DNA of 51,217 nucleotides from Trichomonas gallinae. Its lineage: Eukaryota. The position numbers were made by a program, and so were the translations under genes. Location: NCBI GenBank assembly GCA_008369845.1, contig MRSU01010826.1, forward strand, positions 1 to 51,217, read 5' to 3'. Below, in pieces: positions 21,385 to 30,839 of the stretch (position 1 is the first letter of the stretch; the number at the start of each line of letters is the position of its first letter). The notes below the pieces were generated by a model. It saw only the letters and a list, made by a program, of their open reading frames with translations, did no database searches and was not told the origin of the DNA.

Positions 21385-23113
21385 CATTGCCTGTGCATTA
21401 TGCAAGCATACTTCTCTATATGTAAATTATTTAAATTTTGATATTTTAAACTATAGGCTAAAAAGAAATATGAAAAAAATGAAAAATAATCATCGAAATA
21501 GGAAGTCTATATACCAATACCATTTCTATAGGCTATATATTCGTACTCATATGAGCGGAAAAGCTGAAATACAGACAACAACAAATTCGATAAAATTGAT
21601 TTATATTTGCTTCACAGCTCATGCTATTGGTAAGAAACTCACTAAACAATAATATTGCAGTAGAGATTTCATATTAATAAGTGTTTTTTGCATTAAGTGA
21701 AACTTTGTCAGATTTTTTTACTCACTACATTGTATAAATAAGATCAAATTGTCGTTAATTGAAAAAAAAAGTTGTTTTTAAGAATAATACAGCTAGTAAC
21801 GCATGAATAAACACTCAAGCGAACATGTTCATACTCTTTATCTTAAATTGTCAAGTTTAAGTTTATTAATTTCTTTGGCTTGTCTGTTTGCACTCTTTAT
21901 GCAAAATCATTATATTTTGAGTGAGCACACAATAAATTTCATTACTACAGCCTTTTGAGGTATTTTTATGTTATATTAGTTGAGATAAACGATGAATGAA
22001 GACCCAGAAATTTTTTTGAGAATTCATTGTTTAAATTGTACGTGAATCGAATTGCTATCAAAAGAGGATAGAATACTAAAGAAATAATCGTCATCATCCT
22101 CAATACATTATTCCATGCAATAACAATAGTAATATTACCAATGATCATTATTTCTATCATTATAAACAATGAGAGTAAACTTGTAAATATGAAAAGAGTT
22201 TTCGGTTTTCTATCATGTATTTTGGTCGTAGATTAGTCACTTATCTTTTTGTATTGCGTCATTATAACAATCATATCTATTTAAATAGATTTTATTTTAG
22301 TTCATTAATTACAATATGGAATCAAGCACTATGCAGATTTAAAATCTTGATAATAAAAGCTAACCTAAGAAAACATTCTCATACGGATTACTCAATCATT
22401 ATTTACTATTTTCACATCGCCGTAGCATAATGATTACAAACTTCTTGTTAAATACAACCAAAATAGAATATTATAAATATAATATGCAAAGTTAATCATA
22501 TGTTTGATTAATGATAAAAAAAATTTTGTTAAATTTGAGATGATTGGATGTATTTATTAAACAAATCAGGAAAGCTTCTACATTTTCTAATTGTTTTGGA
22601 TGTAGACTGTAATAGTTTGTAAAATTCTATCTCGAATAAAAGACATTTCTATTCTATTAACTTTGCATTTTGTTCTCATAACTTACAGAATGGATTTCTT
22701 CATTCTATTTTTGAATCAATTTATATTTATTCTTTGATTCTTTATGCTTTTTAGCAGTTTCAATTGCTTATATAAGCAATATATTTTGTACCCAAACTAT
22801 TGTAATATTATTTATATTTTTCCAAAATTTAGGAATCGTTTGAATTTAGAGTCGTCAGTCAAAGTCAAAAATAAAAAGTCGTAAAAATCATCATATTAAA
22901 AATTTCATGTTTGTAGCAACACCATGTGTTTTCACACAATTCAAATCATTTTTATCTACAAAATAAATTAGATAAATTTCAAAATACATCTAAACGACAA
23001 AATATAAACAAATATAATATATTCTCATTTATGATATGATATTTATCATACTCATATATTGATATCTCAAGCACAAAAAGTTTTCATATATCATCATAAA
23101 AGTGACAGAAGCA

Positions 23114-26100
23114 ATGCATCCAATCTGCCAACAAATTACTGGTGAAGTTTCTGCTGTTGCTTTTCATCCAATTTTGCCGTGGGTTCTCTATGGAACAGAA
23201 GATGGACTCATCCGTATAATTGATTACGAAGTTGGCTCGCAAATTGTCGAAATTTCGCAAACTCCGGACCCAATATATTGCATAGAGTTCCACAAGACAC
23301 AGCCAATCTTCGCTTATGGCACCGAATCGTCAAAAATTCACATATTTAATTACAAAACTTGTTTATTACTTCATACTTTCACTGATAATTTGAATTCAAT
23401 CAGATCTATCGAATTTCATACAGAATATCCATTCTTAATGAGCACATCAGTCGATGGCACAGTCAGAATATTCAATTGGCAAAATAGACAAATGATTGCA
23501 ATACTTGAATCAGAAAGTGCTGCAGTTAATGCTGCTAAATTCGCACCAAAATCTCAAATTATCGCTACAGGAAACGACTACGGCTGTTGCAAAGTCTTTG
23601 ACTTACAAAAAGTTTACAAATCATCCCATTCATCAGAATTTTCTTCTTCTATCTTCAAAACAGAATTTCCAGCAGATCTCATATGGGAAGATGAAGCCCA
23701 TAGTGGCGCAATTACTTCGATTTCTTGGAATAAAAATGATCAAAATTTTGCTACAACGAGCGCTGATTTCACAGTAAAGATTTGGTCAATAACAGGCAAA
23801 ACAGTAACAAATGTTGGAACATTTTCTTCAAGTAGTTCTCCGATTCTCACAGGTTTTTATCATTATCCATCTGGCCACTTCGGTTATGCAGCAATCAACG
23901 GAACAATCACGTTTATCGATCCATCTACTGGAAAGGTTGTTACCAAGTTCGAAAATCTGACTCTAGGAATCTTATCTGTCGCTGTAAATCAAAAAGCTGC
24001 TTTATTAGCAATTGGACACAACAATGGAGTCAGTGTTATGAAGATGTGGAAGGAGAGGCCATATAATGACTATGTAGCAGGTGCAATTGGTTGGTCAACC
24101 AAGAAACATCTTTTAATTTATGATACATCTGATAAATCAAAGAAAATCAAAATCTCAGTTCACGAAAATGTTGCTAAAGTCTCATTATCATCAACTAAAT
24201 CGAGTGCGATCGTTTCTTACAACATCCAAGGCCGTCAAACAGGATTTCTCGAAAAAATCGATTTTGCGAACGCAAAAAGCAGACAGAGATGGATAGGGAA
24301 CTCAGGAATATGGGTAAACAGAAGTGTTGTCGCCGCATTGTCAACTTCTCGCGATACTCTTCAAATTATCGACACAGTATCTGGAAAAATCAAGAAATTC
24401 CCTGTTATTGATGCTCTAGATTTGTTTACCGGCCTTGGAGGCAACATTTACATAGCAACAGAAAAACATTTGATTTTATTCGACGCAATAAAAGGAAAAG
24501 AAGTCGCACGCGGCCACATTCCTTTCGCCAAGACAGTCAAGATAGACTCGTCAAAAGAACACATTTGCGCTCACAGCGACACGACAATTTTTTATTCGAA
24601 CATAGATTTAACAGATATACGCTTTTTCACTGAGAAAACGAAGATAAAGAGCTGCGCTTGGAACGATAGAATCGTGATGTATACTACACGTCATCATTTG
24701 AAATTCTTCGATGGCCATATTTCAGGAATAATGTGTTGCTTGAGCGGAATCTTTTATCTTGTTGGTCCAGGAATAGATTCCATGTGGTTCGTCTCGCGCG
24801 ATGGCACAATGTTCCTCAAGAAATTTAATCCGAAAGAAATGCACGCAATTTCAGCCATATCTAGAGACGAAACATCCAAACTCAAAAGCAAAAATAACTT
24901 GGTCGGAAATTTCGTCTTCGATGTCGCTAAAAGAACAGGAAAATACGACGTGGCGATTTTGACGGCTTCAAACGACAAAGACAAGTTCGAAATGGCTATA
25001 ATGGGCGGCGACACGAACACTGCACTTGAAGCAGCTAAAGAATTAAACGACAAGGAATCATGGAGAAAGCTCGCGAGACTTGCAATGGACACAGGGAAGT
25101 TTTCTCTCGCTGAAACATGCTACAAGAAGTCGAGCGACTACGAAAACCTCGCCATGCTTTATCTAGTGACAGGAAGAGCGAATGAACTGAAATCGATGCA
25201 ATCTAAATCTCCTTTGATCTCTCTTTGGAATAATGACAACGAAACAATCAAAGGAATTCTTGATAATTTCAACGAAAATCTGTTTATATCTGAAGAAGCT
25301 TCAAAAATTTCTGTTGATCTCGGAAAAGAAATCAAGGAAGATTGGCCGTTGTGTGGTGTCCAGTACACAACAATTTCTGTCAGCCAAAACATCGAAGAGA
25401 ACGAAGAAGAAGTCGAAGGATGGGATGATGTCGACGAAATCGAAGAAAACAAGCAGGAAGACAACGAAGAAGGCTGGGATATTAAAATTGACGAGCCAGC
25501 GTCAGAGAAAATTGCCGAGTATTCTGTCCCAGTTCGCGGTGAGTCAGTCACGAAGCAGTGGCTCCACCACACGAAGAATGCTGGCGACTTGGCGTCGGCT
25601 GGTGATTTCTCTGGTGCTGCCGTCCTGCTTAGAGAGCAGGTCGCTTTGAAGAATTTCGCTGCGATAAGAGAATTCTTACCTTCAGTCTTTGTGTCATCGT
25701 GCGCTTATTTAAACACCGGATTTGGAAGCATGCAGATTTTCCTGAAATCGCAGTTTCGCGGCCACGCAGTTCCTCCAACAGTCAATACTTTAGATCTGCT
25801 TAGCTCAATCGAGTCCCAAATGATGGCGAACTTCACGAAGGCGAAGATGCAGGATGTGATTGACAAATCGCGAGATATTTTCTTGAATGCGATTTTCGCG
25901 AGGGTAGAAACGAAAGAAGAAGAGAAGAAGATTTTTGATTCAATTGAAAATGCCAAGATTTACTGTTTAGTTGCTCTTCTAGAAAACGAACGCAAACTGT
26001 GCGAAGATAATCCAGCACGCCAAGTTGAGTTAGCCATGTACATGACTCACATCCCGATGATTCCGATGCACGAGTCTCTTGCTCAGAGGTCTGCACTCAA

Positions 26101-26437
26101 GAATGCTCTGAAGGTTAAATGCATGGCGTGTGCTGCCTCTGTAGCAGGGAGGATGGTTGACTCTGGAAAAGAGAAACTCGCACAAGTTGCTTCTCAAGCT
26201 TTGCAAGTCTGTGGAACTTCGCCTGTTGATGCAATAAAAGTCGACTACAACGAAAGAAATCCATTTGAGATCTGCGCAAAGTCACTGAAGCCAATCTACA
26301 GAGGCAAGAAATCTGTTAGATGCCCATTATGCAAAGCATTCTACAACGCGCAATTCGCTGGATCAGTCTGTAGCATCTGTAACTTGTGCGAAGTTGGCGC
26401 TGAAGCATCTGGACTTACAATAATTCGTGGAAAATAA
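23114..26437 (+). CDS. COPA: Coatomer subunit alpha (alpha-COP), divergent paralogue
   Basis: N-terminal WD40 colinear with alpha-COP (FHP..PWVL, FH.TQP.F, FH.EYPF, FNWQNR), second propeller, solenoid (WRKLA..A...G.F..AE.CY), acidic EGWD linker and C-terminal YNERNPFEICA.S..PIYRG....CPLC...C.IC.L.EVG. ATG at 23114. Confidence 0.95.
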   Translation: MHPICQQITGEVSAVAFHPILPWVLYGTEDGLIRIIDYEVGSQIVEISQTPDPIYCIEFHKTQPIFAYGTESSKIHIFNYKTCLLLHTFTDNLNSIRSIEFHTEYPFLMSTSVDGTVRIFNWQNRQMIAILESESAAVNAAKFAPKSQIIATGNDYGCCKVFDLQKVYKSSHSSEFSSSIFKTEFPADLIWEDEAHSGAITSISWNKNDQNFATTSADFTVKIWSITGKTVTNVGTFSSSSSPILTGFYHYPSGHFGYAAINGTITFIDPSTGKVVTKFENLTLGILSVAVNQKAALLAIGHNNGVSVMKMWKERPYNDYVAGAIGWSTKKHLLIYDTSDKSKKIKISVHENVAKVSLSSTKSSAIVSYNIQGRQTGFLEKIDFANAKSRQRWIGNSGIWVNRSVVAALSTSRDTLQIIDTVSGKIKKFPVIDALDLFTGLGGNIYIATEKHLILFDAIKGKEVARGHIPFAKTVKIDSSKEHICAHSDTTIFYSNIDLTDIRFFTEKTKIKSCAWNDRIVMYTTRHHLKFFDGHISGIMCCLSGIFYLVGPGIDSMWFVSRDGTMFLKKFNPKEMHAISAISRDETSKLKSKNNLVGNFVFDVAKRTGKYDVAILTASNDKDKFEMAIMGGDTNTALEAAKELNDKESWRKLARLAMDTGKFSLAETCYKKSSDYENLAMLYLVTGRANELKSMQSKSPLISLWNNDNETIKGILDNFNENLFISEEASKISVDLGKEIKEDWPLCGVQYTTISVSQNIEENEEEVEGWDDVDEIEENKQEDNEEGWDIKIDEPASEKIAEYSVPVRGESVTKQWLHHTKNAGDLASAGDFSGAAVLLREQVALKNFAAIREFLPSVFVSSCAYLNTGFGSMQIFLKSQFRGHAVPPTVNTLDLLSSIESQMMANFTKAKMQDVIDKSRDIFLNAIFARVETKEEEKKIFDSIENAKIYCLVALLENERKLCEDNPARQVELAMYMTHIPMIPMHESLAQRSALKNALKVKCMACAASVAGRMVDSGKEKLAQVASQALQVCGTSPVDAIKVDYNERNPFEICAKSLKPIYRGKKSVRCPLCKAFYNAQFAGSVCSICNLCEVGAEASGLTIIRGK

Positions 26438-26575
26438 AGTGTTTTTTATATATTATATAAATCTGTCTTATTTGTTATGAATAGATAAAACAATCAGTGT
26501 AGAATATACGGTGATTTTCAGTAATTTTGGATATTTTATAAAAATATGAAGATTAAAAATATATATTTATGAATC

Positions 26576-26740
26576 AGTTCTGCTGGATGCGGCAGTCGAT
26601 TATATAATTTTGATTGCCGCGTGAGAAAACAGAGATGAATGCGTCTGTGTCGTTGTTCTGACAGTCTTCGAATGAACGAACAATCCTGTCGCGAAGAGAT
26701 TTGTCGTTCAAAGGAAGTGTGATGTTTTGGCGACACATCT
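26576..26740 (+). ncRNA. Candidate two-hairpin box H/ACA-like RNA
   Basis: Hairpin 1 (GCGGCAGTCGA 26589-99 / TTGATTGCCGC 26610-20, with G-U pairs on +), hinge AGATGA (ANANNA, 26633-38), hairpin 2 (26649-26734, including TGAACGA/TCGTTCA), ACA at 26735-37 plus 3 nt. GC-rich island in an AT-rich intergenic region. Confidence 0.5.
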
Positions 26741-27079
26741 TTGTTCTAATTCAATGCCTTATGCAATAAAATATTTGATAACATATCTAGCGAACAATAT
26801 AGATGTGTCAGACCTTGAATGGAGATTTATATTTCAAATTATTTCTGGATTTGTTTCATTTTTCTAATTACTAATTAAAACACGATTAATTAAATTTTAA
26901 TGATAGAACAAAATGTTTTATAATGTTAACATTCTATTTTTATTATTAATAAATTCGCTCAAAAAAATGTTTTTAAATGAACTGGTTTTAAAACTGTGTG
27001 ATATATGTATTTAAACAATATGATATATATTATAGAAGAACACACACATTTCGCAAATTTATCTCATTCTGGGAAAAAT

Positions 27080-27155
27080 CTCTGTGTCAGTTCTCATCCT
27101 TAACAAATACAATGAATCACTGAGTTTATAACACGTGTTGAGTATGAGGACTGAC
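27080..27155 (-). ncRNA. Candidate single-hairpin ACA-box RNA, unit A (paralogue of unit C)
   Basis: 70-nt hairpin 27086-27155 with a 19-bp stem, followed on minus by ACA-GAG-AUUUUU and preceded by ACAAGA. Confidence 0.4.
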
Positions 27156-27197
27156 AAGAATCTTGTATTTTCAAGATAATCTTCAAAAACTCAAAAC

Positions 27198-27273
27198 TCT
27201 TGTTCCGATGTCTGATGCATCAAAAGGTGGCACAAAATACTGAGCATCACCAATTGATGAGTAAGATGTCGAA
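27198..27273 (-). ncRNA. Candidate single-hairpin ACA-box guide RNA, unit B
   Basis: 70-nt hairpin 27204-27273: lower stem UUCGA/UCGGA, 9x9 internal loop whose 3' strand starts 14 nt before ACA, upper stems CAUCAA/UUGAUG and GGUG/CACC; followed by ACA-AGA-GUUUU. Confidence 0.45.
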
Positions 27274-27319
27274 TCATTCCGAATATAATTTGCAAATTGA
27301 AGCTCATTCTGAGAAAAAT

Positions 27320-27395
27320 CACTGTGCCAGCTCCCATTCTCAATCATTACAAGAGCATCACTGGCTAATTACACTCGTTGAGACTGAGAGCTGAC
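27320..27395 (-). ncRNA. Candidate single-hairpin ACA-box RNA, unit C (paralogue of unit A, 240 bp offset)
   Basis: 70-nt hairpin 27326-27395 (GUCAGCUCUCA/UGGGAGCUGGC fully paired with G-U on minus), followed by ACA-GUG-AUUUUU and preceded by ACACGA. Confidence 0.4.
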
Positions 27396-27431
27396 CAAAA
27401 TCGTGTTCTTTGATGTATTAAATTTCGATGC

Positions 27432-27540
27432 ACCCCCTGATTAAAATTTTGACGTTTGTAAATTTACAATGACATTTATACCTTGTCACTTATCAAAAAT
27501 CTGACAATTTGACGTTGTAAAATTTCCCTATTTGACAGCT
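27432..27540 (-). promoter_or_regulatory. Orphan promoter-like motif cluster not adjacent to any protein start
   Basis: ACCCCCTG (27432), TGACGTTTGTAAA (27450), TTTACAATGACA (27463), GTCACTT (27485), TGACA (27502), TGACGTTGTAAA (27510), TGACA (27534). These are the motif types seen upstream of protein genes in this window. Confidence 0.45.
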
Positions 27541-27591
27541 AATTTTGTTTTCGAAATTCGCAAAAAATCGAGTTGAATCACTTCTATTCTA

Positions 27592-29322
27592 TCATATATT
27601 TTCAATCAATTCAAGTATTTCGTTTGCACCAAATATCTTGCAATATTCCAAAGCAGTCAAATGAAGAGAGTCAGTTAATGTTAGATCGCAGCCACTCTGA
27701 ATTAGAAGTCTTGCAATATCCTTCGCTCCTACTTCAATCGCCTGCATCAAAGGCGTCTTCCTGTCGTCCTTCTGCGCGTTAATATCCACTCCTAGATCAA
27801 TGAAATATCTTGCGAGCTCGAATCTCTTAAACTGCGCGCAAACAATCAGAGCATTGTCATTAGGTGACATGAGTGAGTGGTTGGGATCAACGCCATGCTG
27901 AACAAGAAATACGACCGACTCTCTAATGTCATGTTTGATGCAATAACTTAATAAAAGGAATGGGCTGTCCATCACAGCGCCATTATCAAGCAGCAGCTGC
28001 GCCATTTTCAAACTTCCTTTTGCAATGGCGACGCGGAAAGGATGGCTCATCTCATCCGCTGTGAATTTAGCTTTTTCGAAAATCATAGCAGCGATTTCGA
28101 ACGAGTCATACTGAGAGCAAATCGACAAAACTGAGAAATTTGACACCCGATGCTTCGCCCTTATATCAGCGCCATTATCTATCAGCACCTGGGCAACTTC
28201 TTTCGCTCCATAGCGAGCAACACGTAATAAGCATGTTTCTCCCAGATTATTGTATTTTTCCATTTCAATACCCAAATCTATGAAATACTTCGCGCACTTA
28301 AAAGCATTGTAGTCCGCGCATTTGTGCAAATGATTGTTTCCATCCCTGTCTATAAGCCCGAAGCTTGAGTGGTATTTATTTACAAGCAGTTTCGCAAGTT
28401 CTACCTGATCATATAATATTGAACAGCTCAAAATATTTCTTCCAAATACATCACGAGCGCCAACATCGATAAAACTATAAAGATTGAAAGGCTCGATGAA
28501 TAACACGTTCTGCGCTATTGTGTACATAAATGCGTCGCAGTAGTTCGGCCCATGTTCCTCTATGATGTACCTGAACAAGTCCACGTTCATGGATTTCTGG
28601 CAGATCCACCAGCTGTATTTTAGGTTATAATAGTCGGCGAGATTTTTCGCAATTTCGTTGTGGTGGAACAACATCGCGTTATTCATGCAGTACTGATCGA
28701 ATTGGCCTAGTCCAACTGCATTCTCGCAAATCTTTATGATCTCCTGGTTACAAGTAATGAAGGCGTCTGCCATTGTATCCTTCGAAATAACTGCGTCATT
28801 GGCGACTAAAAACTTGAAGATTTTTATTGCGCCGTATTTTGCTGCGTGTGATGCACAAGTCACGTCGTCGAACGTTGTTTCTATGTCGAATATGAAGCCT
28901 TGAATGAAGTTCTCTATGTCATCGTGAAGTATATAATACAGAATTGAGTCTTTTGGATAAACTTGAATAATTTGTTCGATTGTACAGTTTGAATATACGT
29001 TGAATTTAAGGTATTGGTTGTATCTTTTTGAAATATATGCACCAACAATGCCACTATCGTCGAAAATGTATTGATCTAAAACTGGATTTGTTGTTTGATA
29101 GATAAGATCAACTAGATCGAAGTATAATCGTATATTTTCCTTTCTTCGTATCAGTATGATATCTATTATGCGAAATAAATGAGTAGCTGGCCAATTGTAA
29201 TCTTGAATTAGCTGCAAAATGAAATACTTGCAGTCATCCATGTTACTCTCGCATAGATTGTACATACTATGCGAGAATTTTGAAAATCTTTGGAATTTTT
29301 CTTCATCAAAAACATAGGACAT
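27592..29322 (-). CDS. Ankyrin-repeat protein with N-terminal DUF3447-like region
   Basis: ILHDDIENF, AAKYGAIKIFKFL, A....NQEIIKIC, FHHNEIA motifs; many ankyrin repeats (GETCLLRVARYGAKEVAQVLIDNGADI; KTPLMQAIEVG). ATG 29322. Confidence 0.93.
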   Translation of the reverse strand: MSYVFDEEKFQRFSKFSHSMYNLCESNMDDCKYFILQLIQDYNWPATHLFRIIDIILIRRKENIRLYFDLVDLIYQTTNPVLDQYIFDDSGIVGAYISKRYNQYLKFNVYSNCTIEQIIQVYPKDSILYYILHDDIENFIQGFIFDIETTFDDVTCASHAAKYGAIKIFKFLVANDAVISKDTMADAFITCNQEIIKICENAVGLGQFDQYCMNNAMLFHHNEIAKNLADYYNLKYSWWICQKSMNVDLFRYIIEEHGPNYCDAFMYTIAQNVLFIEPFNLYSFIDVGARDVFGRNILSCSILYDQVELAKLLVNKYHSSFGLIDRDGNNHLHKCADYNAFKCAKYFIDLGIEMEKYNNLGETCLLRVARYGAKEVAQVLIDNGADIRAKHRVSNFSVLSICSQYDSFEIAAMIFEKAKFTADEMSHPFRVAIAKGSLKMAQLLLDNGAVMDSPFLLLSYCIKHDIRESVVFLVQHGVDPNHSLMSPNDNALIVCAQFKRFELARYFIDLGVDINAQKDDRKTPLMQAIEVGAKDIARLLIQSGCDLTLTDSLHLTALEYCKIFGANEILELIENI

Positions 29323-29719
29323 CTTACAGCAAAAATAAACTTTTTGCACTGAATATATAATAATATATTAATACAATAATCGATTTTCTCTTGAAAAATT
29401 AGCTCAAAAACCAAAATTTAAATTCGTTAATAATAAAAATTTAAATTTTTATTGATCAAACTCTAAATCATCCACCATTATCTCTATCTGAATGTATATT
29501 AATGTATGCTTTCATTAAAATTATCAATTTAAATATTTTGATTACATCAAATTTTCAAATCAAAATTATTGATAATAAAAAGCATGGAATATTTCTTTAC
29601 ATGGCTGATATGTTATATAATTTAAGCTTAGAAAGTCGTAAAAACAAAAATAAATTTAAAAATGAGAATAATTATTGTAATATTCAAAATTAAGCATGTT
29701 TACTCGTTAAATTATTATA

Positions 29720-30457
29720 TTAAAATTCAACTACAGCTCTGTCTGTGGCCATGAATGCATTTGGAATTCTATCCTGGATGAATTTGATATTGTCTTCCTT
29801 TCCACCTTTTGGACGATGGTGGATAGTATAGAGCTTCTTAGGCTTGACTTCGTTGTAGATTTGAACAATCATTTCTGGACAAGTGTGTCCATCAGAGATT
29901 GACTTCTGTGGATCGCCAGCAGTTGAGTAGCACTCGTGCAATAAGAGGTCCAAGTTATGAAGATATGAAAGATAAGATTTTTCAGGAACAAAAAATGTGT
30001 CAGTAACGTAAGCCATTGCTTTATCCTTATACTCCAGTCTATATCCAAAGTTTGGAGATGTGTGGTTAAGCTCGAAAGCGGAAACTTTAACACCATTATC
30101 TAAGATCGTTGGTTTGTCAACGCTGATTGGCTCCATAGTGAACGGAATTGGAGCTCCACCGCAAAATGGCTGCTCAAATAATATCGGAAGCTTATCAATG
30201 ATCTCTTTGCGAGTATGTAAAACTAATTTCTTGCATTTATCGCCTACAATGTAGTTGGACATTCTCAATCCTTCGCAGTGATCTAAGTGTGCATGTGTGA
30301 GGAAAATGTGAACAACTTCTGTCTCAACATATTCTGGAGCACGCCAAATACCGTTTCCGGCATCAAAAATGACGCCTAATTCCGGTATGAAATAGCATGG
30401 TGTATGTGTATCATCGGTGGAATAGTATCCTCCACTGCCAAGAATTACGAGTTTCAT
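29720..30457 (-). CDS. Metallo-beta-lactamase-fold hydrolase (RNase Z/BN-like, bacterial type)
   Basis: LGSGG, FDAGNG, THAHLDH, LNH..P.FGYRL, YVTDT, LLHEC, GHT, IHH motifs. Confidence 0.92.
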   Translation of the reverse strand: MKLVILGSGGYYSTDDTHTPCYFIPELGVIFDAGNGIWRAPEYVETEVVHIFLTHAHLDHCEGLRMSNYIVGDKCKKLVLHTRKEIIDKLPILFEQPFCGGAPIPFTMEPISVDKPTILDNGVKVSAFELNHTSPNFGYRLEYKDKAMAYVTDTFFVPEKSYLSYLHNLDLLLHECYSTAGDPQKSISDGHTCPEMIVQIYNEVKPKKLYTIHHRPKGGKEDNIKFIQDRIPNAFMATDRAVVEF

Positions 30458-30766
30458 CGTATTGATTTGTTTATCATGATAATCGTCAATTTGACGATGT
30501 CAAAAATAATAATGATCGTGATTTTGTCAATGTAAATTATTTACGTGTCAGAGATAGAAAAAAGAATGAAAAAATGAATGATGATCAATGATAGCAATGT
30601 GATAACAAATAATATATGAATAAATAGATATTATTGATGCATAAAAATTGGTTAGATGTGGATAATTCCCTGCCTATGATTGATGATGCGAATGAGGAGT
30701 TCAATAAACTGTCAAAAAAGTAGATTTTTGTGCATTCAAATTAAATTTTTATTAATATTTCGTCAA

Positions 30767-30839
30767 AGCTTCGTGGCAAAATGGATACTGCGTCTCCCTT
30801 CTAAGGAGAAGACTGTGGGTTCGAGTCCCACCGGAGCTG
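30767..30839 (+). tRNA. tRNA-Arg (anticodon UCU), intronless, 73 nt
   Basis: Acceptor AGCTTCG/CGGAGCT, D arm with GGA (A20), anticodon stem TCTCC/GGAGA with loop CT-TCT-AA, T arm GTGGG-TTCGAGT-CCCAC, discriminator G; T5 Pol III terminator at 30845-30849. Confidence 0.97.

Noticed and set aside
21344..21652. 102-aa ORF with poly-Phe
   Set aside because: Artefact of the T30 run; TTG start.
26629..26660. ACAGAGATGA resembling the U6 snRNA ACAGAGA box
   Set aside because: No AGC triad or internal stem-loop follows.
26781..26808. Small hairpin ACATATCTA/TAGATGTGT
   Set aside because: A 9-bp AT-rich stem without box motifs; plausible by chance, though it lies in the candidate ncRNA interval.
27200..27394. 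64-aa plus-strand ORF and short minus-strand frames (one LRR-like LSVLILNTCYKLSD) across the hairpin array
   Set aside because: Non-ATG start, and reading frames are not preserved between the duplicated units (stops and indels). A decayed coding origin is not fully excluded.
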